Assembly: GCA_003693705.1 (NCBI GenBank)
Contig: RBZT01000247.1
Span: 1 to 35,615, forward strand
Direction: 5' to 3'
Source: Polymyxa betae A26-41
Lineage: Eukaryota > Protista > Endomyxa: Phytomyxea
DNA length: 35,615 nt
Positions 33,601-35,615 of this stretch are shown here, one piece after another. How positions within the stretch are numbered: position 1 is the stretch's first letter; the number at the start of each line of letters is the position of its first letter. The position numbers and the translations under genes were made by a program. The notes under the pieces are model-generated. The model worked only from the letters and a program-made list of their open reading frames with translations, did not search any database and was not told the DNA's origin.

Positions 33601-35290
33601 TGTCATTTTAGAAAGTGTTTTACAGTTGGCTTCACAGTTTAATATTAAATTCAATATTGAAAAGTGTGAGTTCTTTTCCACTGAAGTCAAGTACTGTGGT
33701 AGAATATTTTCTATTAGCGGAGTGTCTCATGACACAGCGCGAATTAAAGCTTTGATAGAGAAACCTCAGCCGAAAACAGCAAGAGACTTACAGCAGTTTC
33801 TTATGGCAGCTCAATGGATGAGTAGGAGTATCCCAGAGTTTAATACTAAGGTATATGCTTTACAGCAAGTTTTTGAAGAAGCTATGAAGGGACAGCCAGG
33901 TAGAACTAAGACGATTGCTAGACAAGTTAGGCTTTCAAGATATGGCTGGAGTCCTTTGCATGCGTTGGCTTTTGAGGAACTTAAGGCAGCAATTGCTCAT
34001 CATGTGAAATTGTCATATCCTAAAAAAGATATGATTCAGTGCGTGTACACTGATGCTAATGAAAGCAATAGTTCTGCAGTAGTTACGCAGATACCATTAT
34101 CGGATTTAGATAAACCTGTAGCGCAACAAAGACATGAAACTTTGGGATTCTGTGGACATAAATTCTCAGGCGCTCAATTGAATTGGTCAATTGTTGAGAA
34201 GGAAGGATTTGCAGTAGTTGATGCTTTGAATAAGCTTGAGTATTTGCTAATGAACGACAGACCATTTAAGCTATATGTTGATCATAACAATCTAACACAG
34301 ATCTTTTCCCCGTCTAATGTATCTAAGCCAGTGGCTCAGAAGTTACAGCGTTGGGCTTTAGAAATTCAGAAGTTTAACTATCAGATAAGCTATATTAAGG
34401 GTGAAGATAATGTGTGGTCGGATTTGATGACTCGGTGGGGAGCATCAACAGCAACTAGTGTTATTAAGGTTCAAACTCTTAGAGTTGCTTCGTCCGCAAC
34501 TTTAAAAAATATTTCAGTTGAATATTTTGTAAGACCATCACAAAAGAAGGAATTTGTGTGGCCTTCAGTGGATGAAATTCGAAAATCTCAGAATAAGTAT
34601 TTGAAATCAGCTACCTATGTAATGACGACAATTTAAAAGTGAGCAAAACGGGCAAGATAAAGATTCCGATTGAAGGCGCTGATCTTAGAATACGTTTGTG
34701 TATCATAGCTCATGCAGTAGGAAATAGTGGACATATAGGCTTCCAAGTTGCATCCGTTAAATAGGCCGAATATTTCATTGGCCGAATATGCATACTGACA
34801 TGAGAAAGTTGTGCAATAGTTGCTTACACTGTTCGCCTACCAGGGGTCGTATGAGAAGACCAAGGCCATTAGAAGAAGCGGTTCATGGGCAGTATCCAAA
34901 TCATGTAGCTTACATGGATTGAATTTATGTGATGCCGGCTGAAAAGAAAGGCTCACATAATTACCAGTGAGACGATCTCTCAGGCTACGTTAGAATTACG
35001 CCTGCTGCAATGCTTGATAGTATAGTGGATTGGAGAGCTTCATCTAGAACTCCTGAAGTCATACAGACTGATATGGCATCATATTTTATGTCTCAGGTCA
35101 TGAAAAAGAGTTTACCAAGAGGTGTAATATCATTTTACAGTGGCTTATGGTCATTATAGTAATGGTTCCATTAGGTAATCAATAAGCATTACCTAGCCCT
35201 GATCCGAGCTCTAATTTCAGAGCTACATTGGAATAAGAGTGATATATTGGCATTGGTTCAATAAAAATATAGATCATAAGCAGCACATCG
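30689..35290 (+). mobile_element. Ty3/gypsy retrotransposon gag-pol, decayed and interrupted
   Basis: Gag 30689-~31235; zinc knuckle CFQCHEVGHPRGLC; protease ILDSGA; RT ASPV...RMCVDLR, LDAFKGF*, WIDD; RNase H TDANE/EKE/DHNNL; integrase AH...GH...CxxC after RT-RH (gypsy order). No 3' LTR seen. Confidence 0.93.
31447..32227 (-). mobile_element. hAT deletion derivative inserted in gag
   Basis: TCGGGT/ACCCGA subterminal repeats near both ends; internal dimerisation-domain-like NVFRLRRHSLQPETLSAL. TSD not identified. Confidence 0.65.
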
Positions 35291-35615
35291 GACCATATGG
35301 CTTCAGGGCCTTTGTTTCACCCCCCATCTCCCATACAAAAACCTCAATAATCCACGTTATAACACCCAATAACCTTATTTTTCGACGAATCTTTGTAAAT
35401 TTAGGATAATTTATAAAAATATAGGATTTTCAAAAATTATTTAAAAAAAATGAAAATTATAATAATAAAATGAAATGTAAATTTTGTAATTCAACAGAAA
35501 ATAAAATGAGAGGAAAAATTTGTTATAAATGCGATTACCAAAACAACAAGCATAAACGGCAAACGGAAGAATATAAGCAGAAACGAAAAGACGCTGAAAA
35601 AAGATATAAAGAAAA

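Noticed and set aside
35290-35615. AT-rich tail as a possible 3' LTR
   Set aside because: No similarity to the 30480-30609 LTR; probably a different element or intergenic DNA cut by the window edge.

Overview
Eukaryotic (protist- or fungus-like) DNA with short ~45-55 nt spliceosomal introns. A compact island of housekeeping genes at ~7.9-19.9 kb (TMEM41/VTT protein, PCH2/TRIP13, an orphan ORF, HOOK-like coiled-coil protein, mitochondrial uL13, Nup42/NUPL2-like nucleoporin, mitochondrial ClpB/Hsp78, EMC7) sits between two dense, nested transposon graveyards. These hold PIF/Harbinger elements (DDE transposase plus Myb/SANT gene), hAT deletion derivatives, TA- and TNA-flanked MITEs, and Ty3/gypsy elements with very short LTRs. 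The most unusual object is a decayed TTAA-flanked piggyBac-like element (~26.5-30.4 kb). Its ~1,070-codon transposase has a YqaJ/lambda-exonuclease domain, itself split by a SAP domain, inserted between the second and third catalytic aspartate motifs. It lies inside a Harbinger-type non-autonomous element, inside a gypsy LTR, inside an older gypsy integrase. All family assignments come from motif recognition by eye, not database searches; exon boundaries are approximate.
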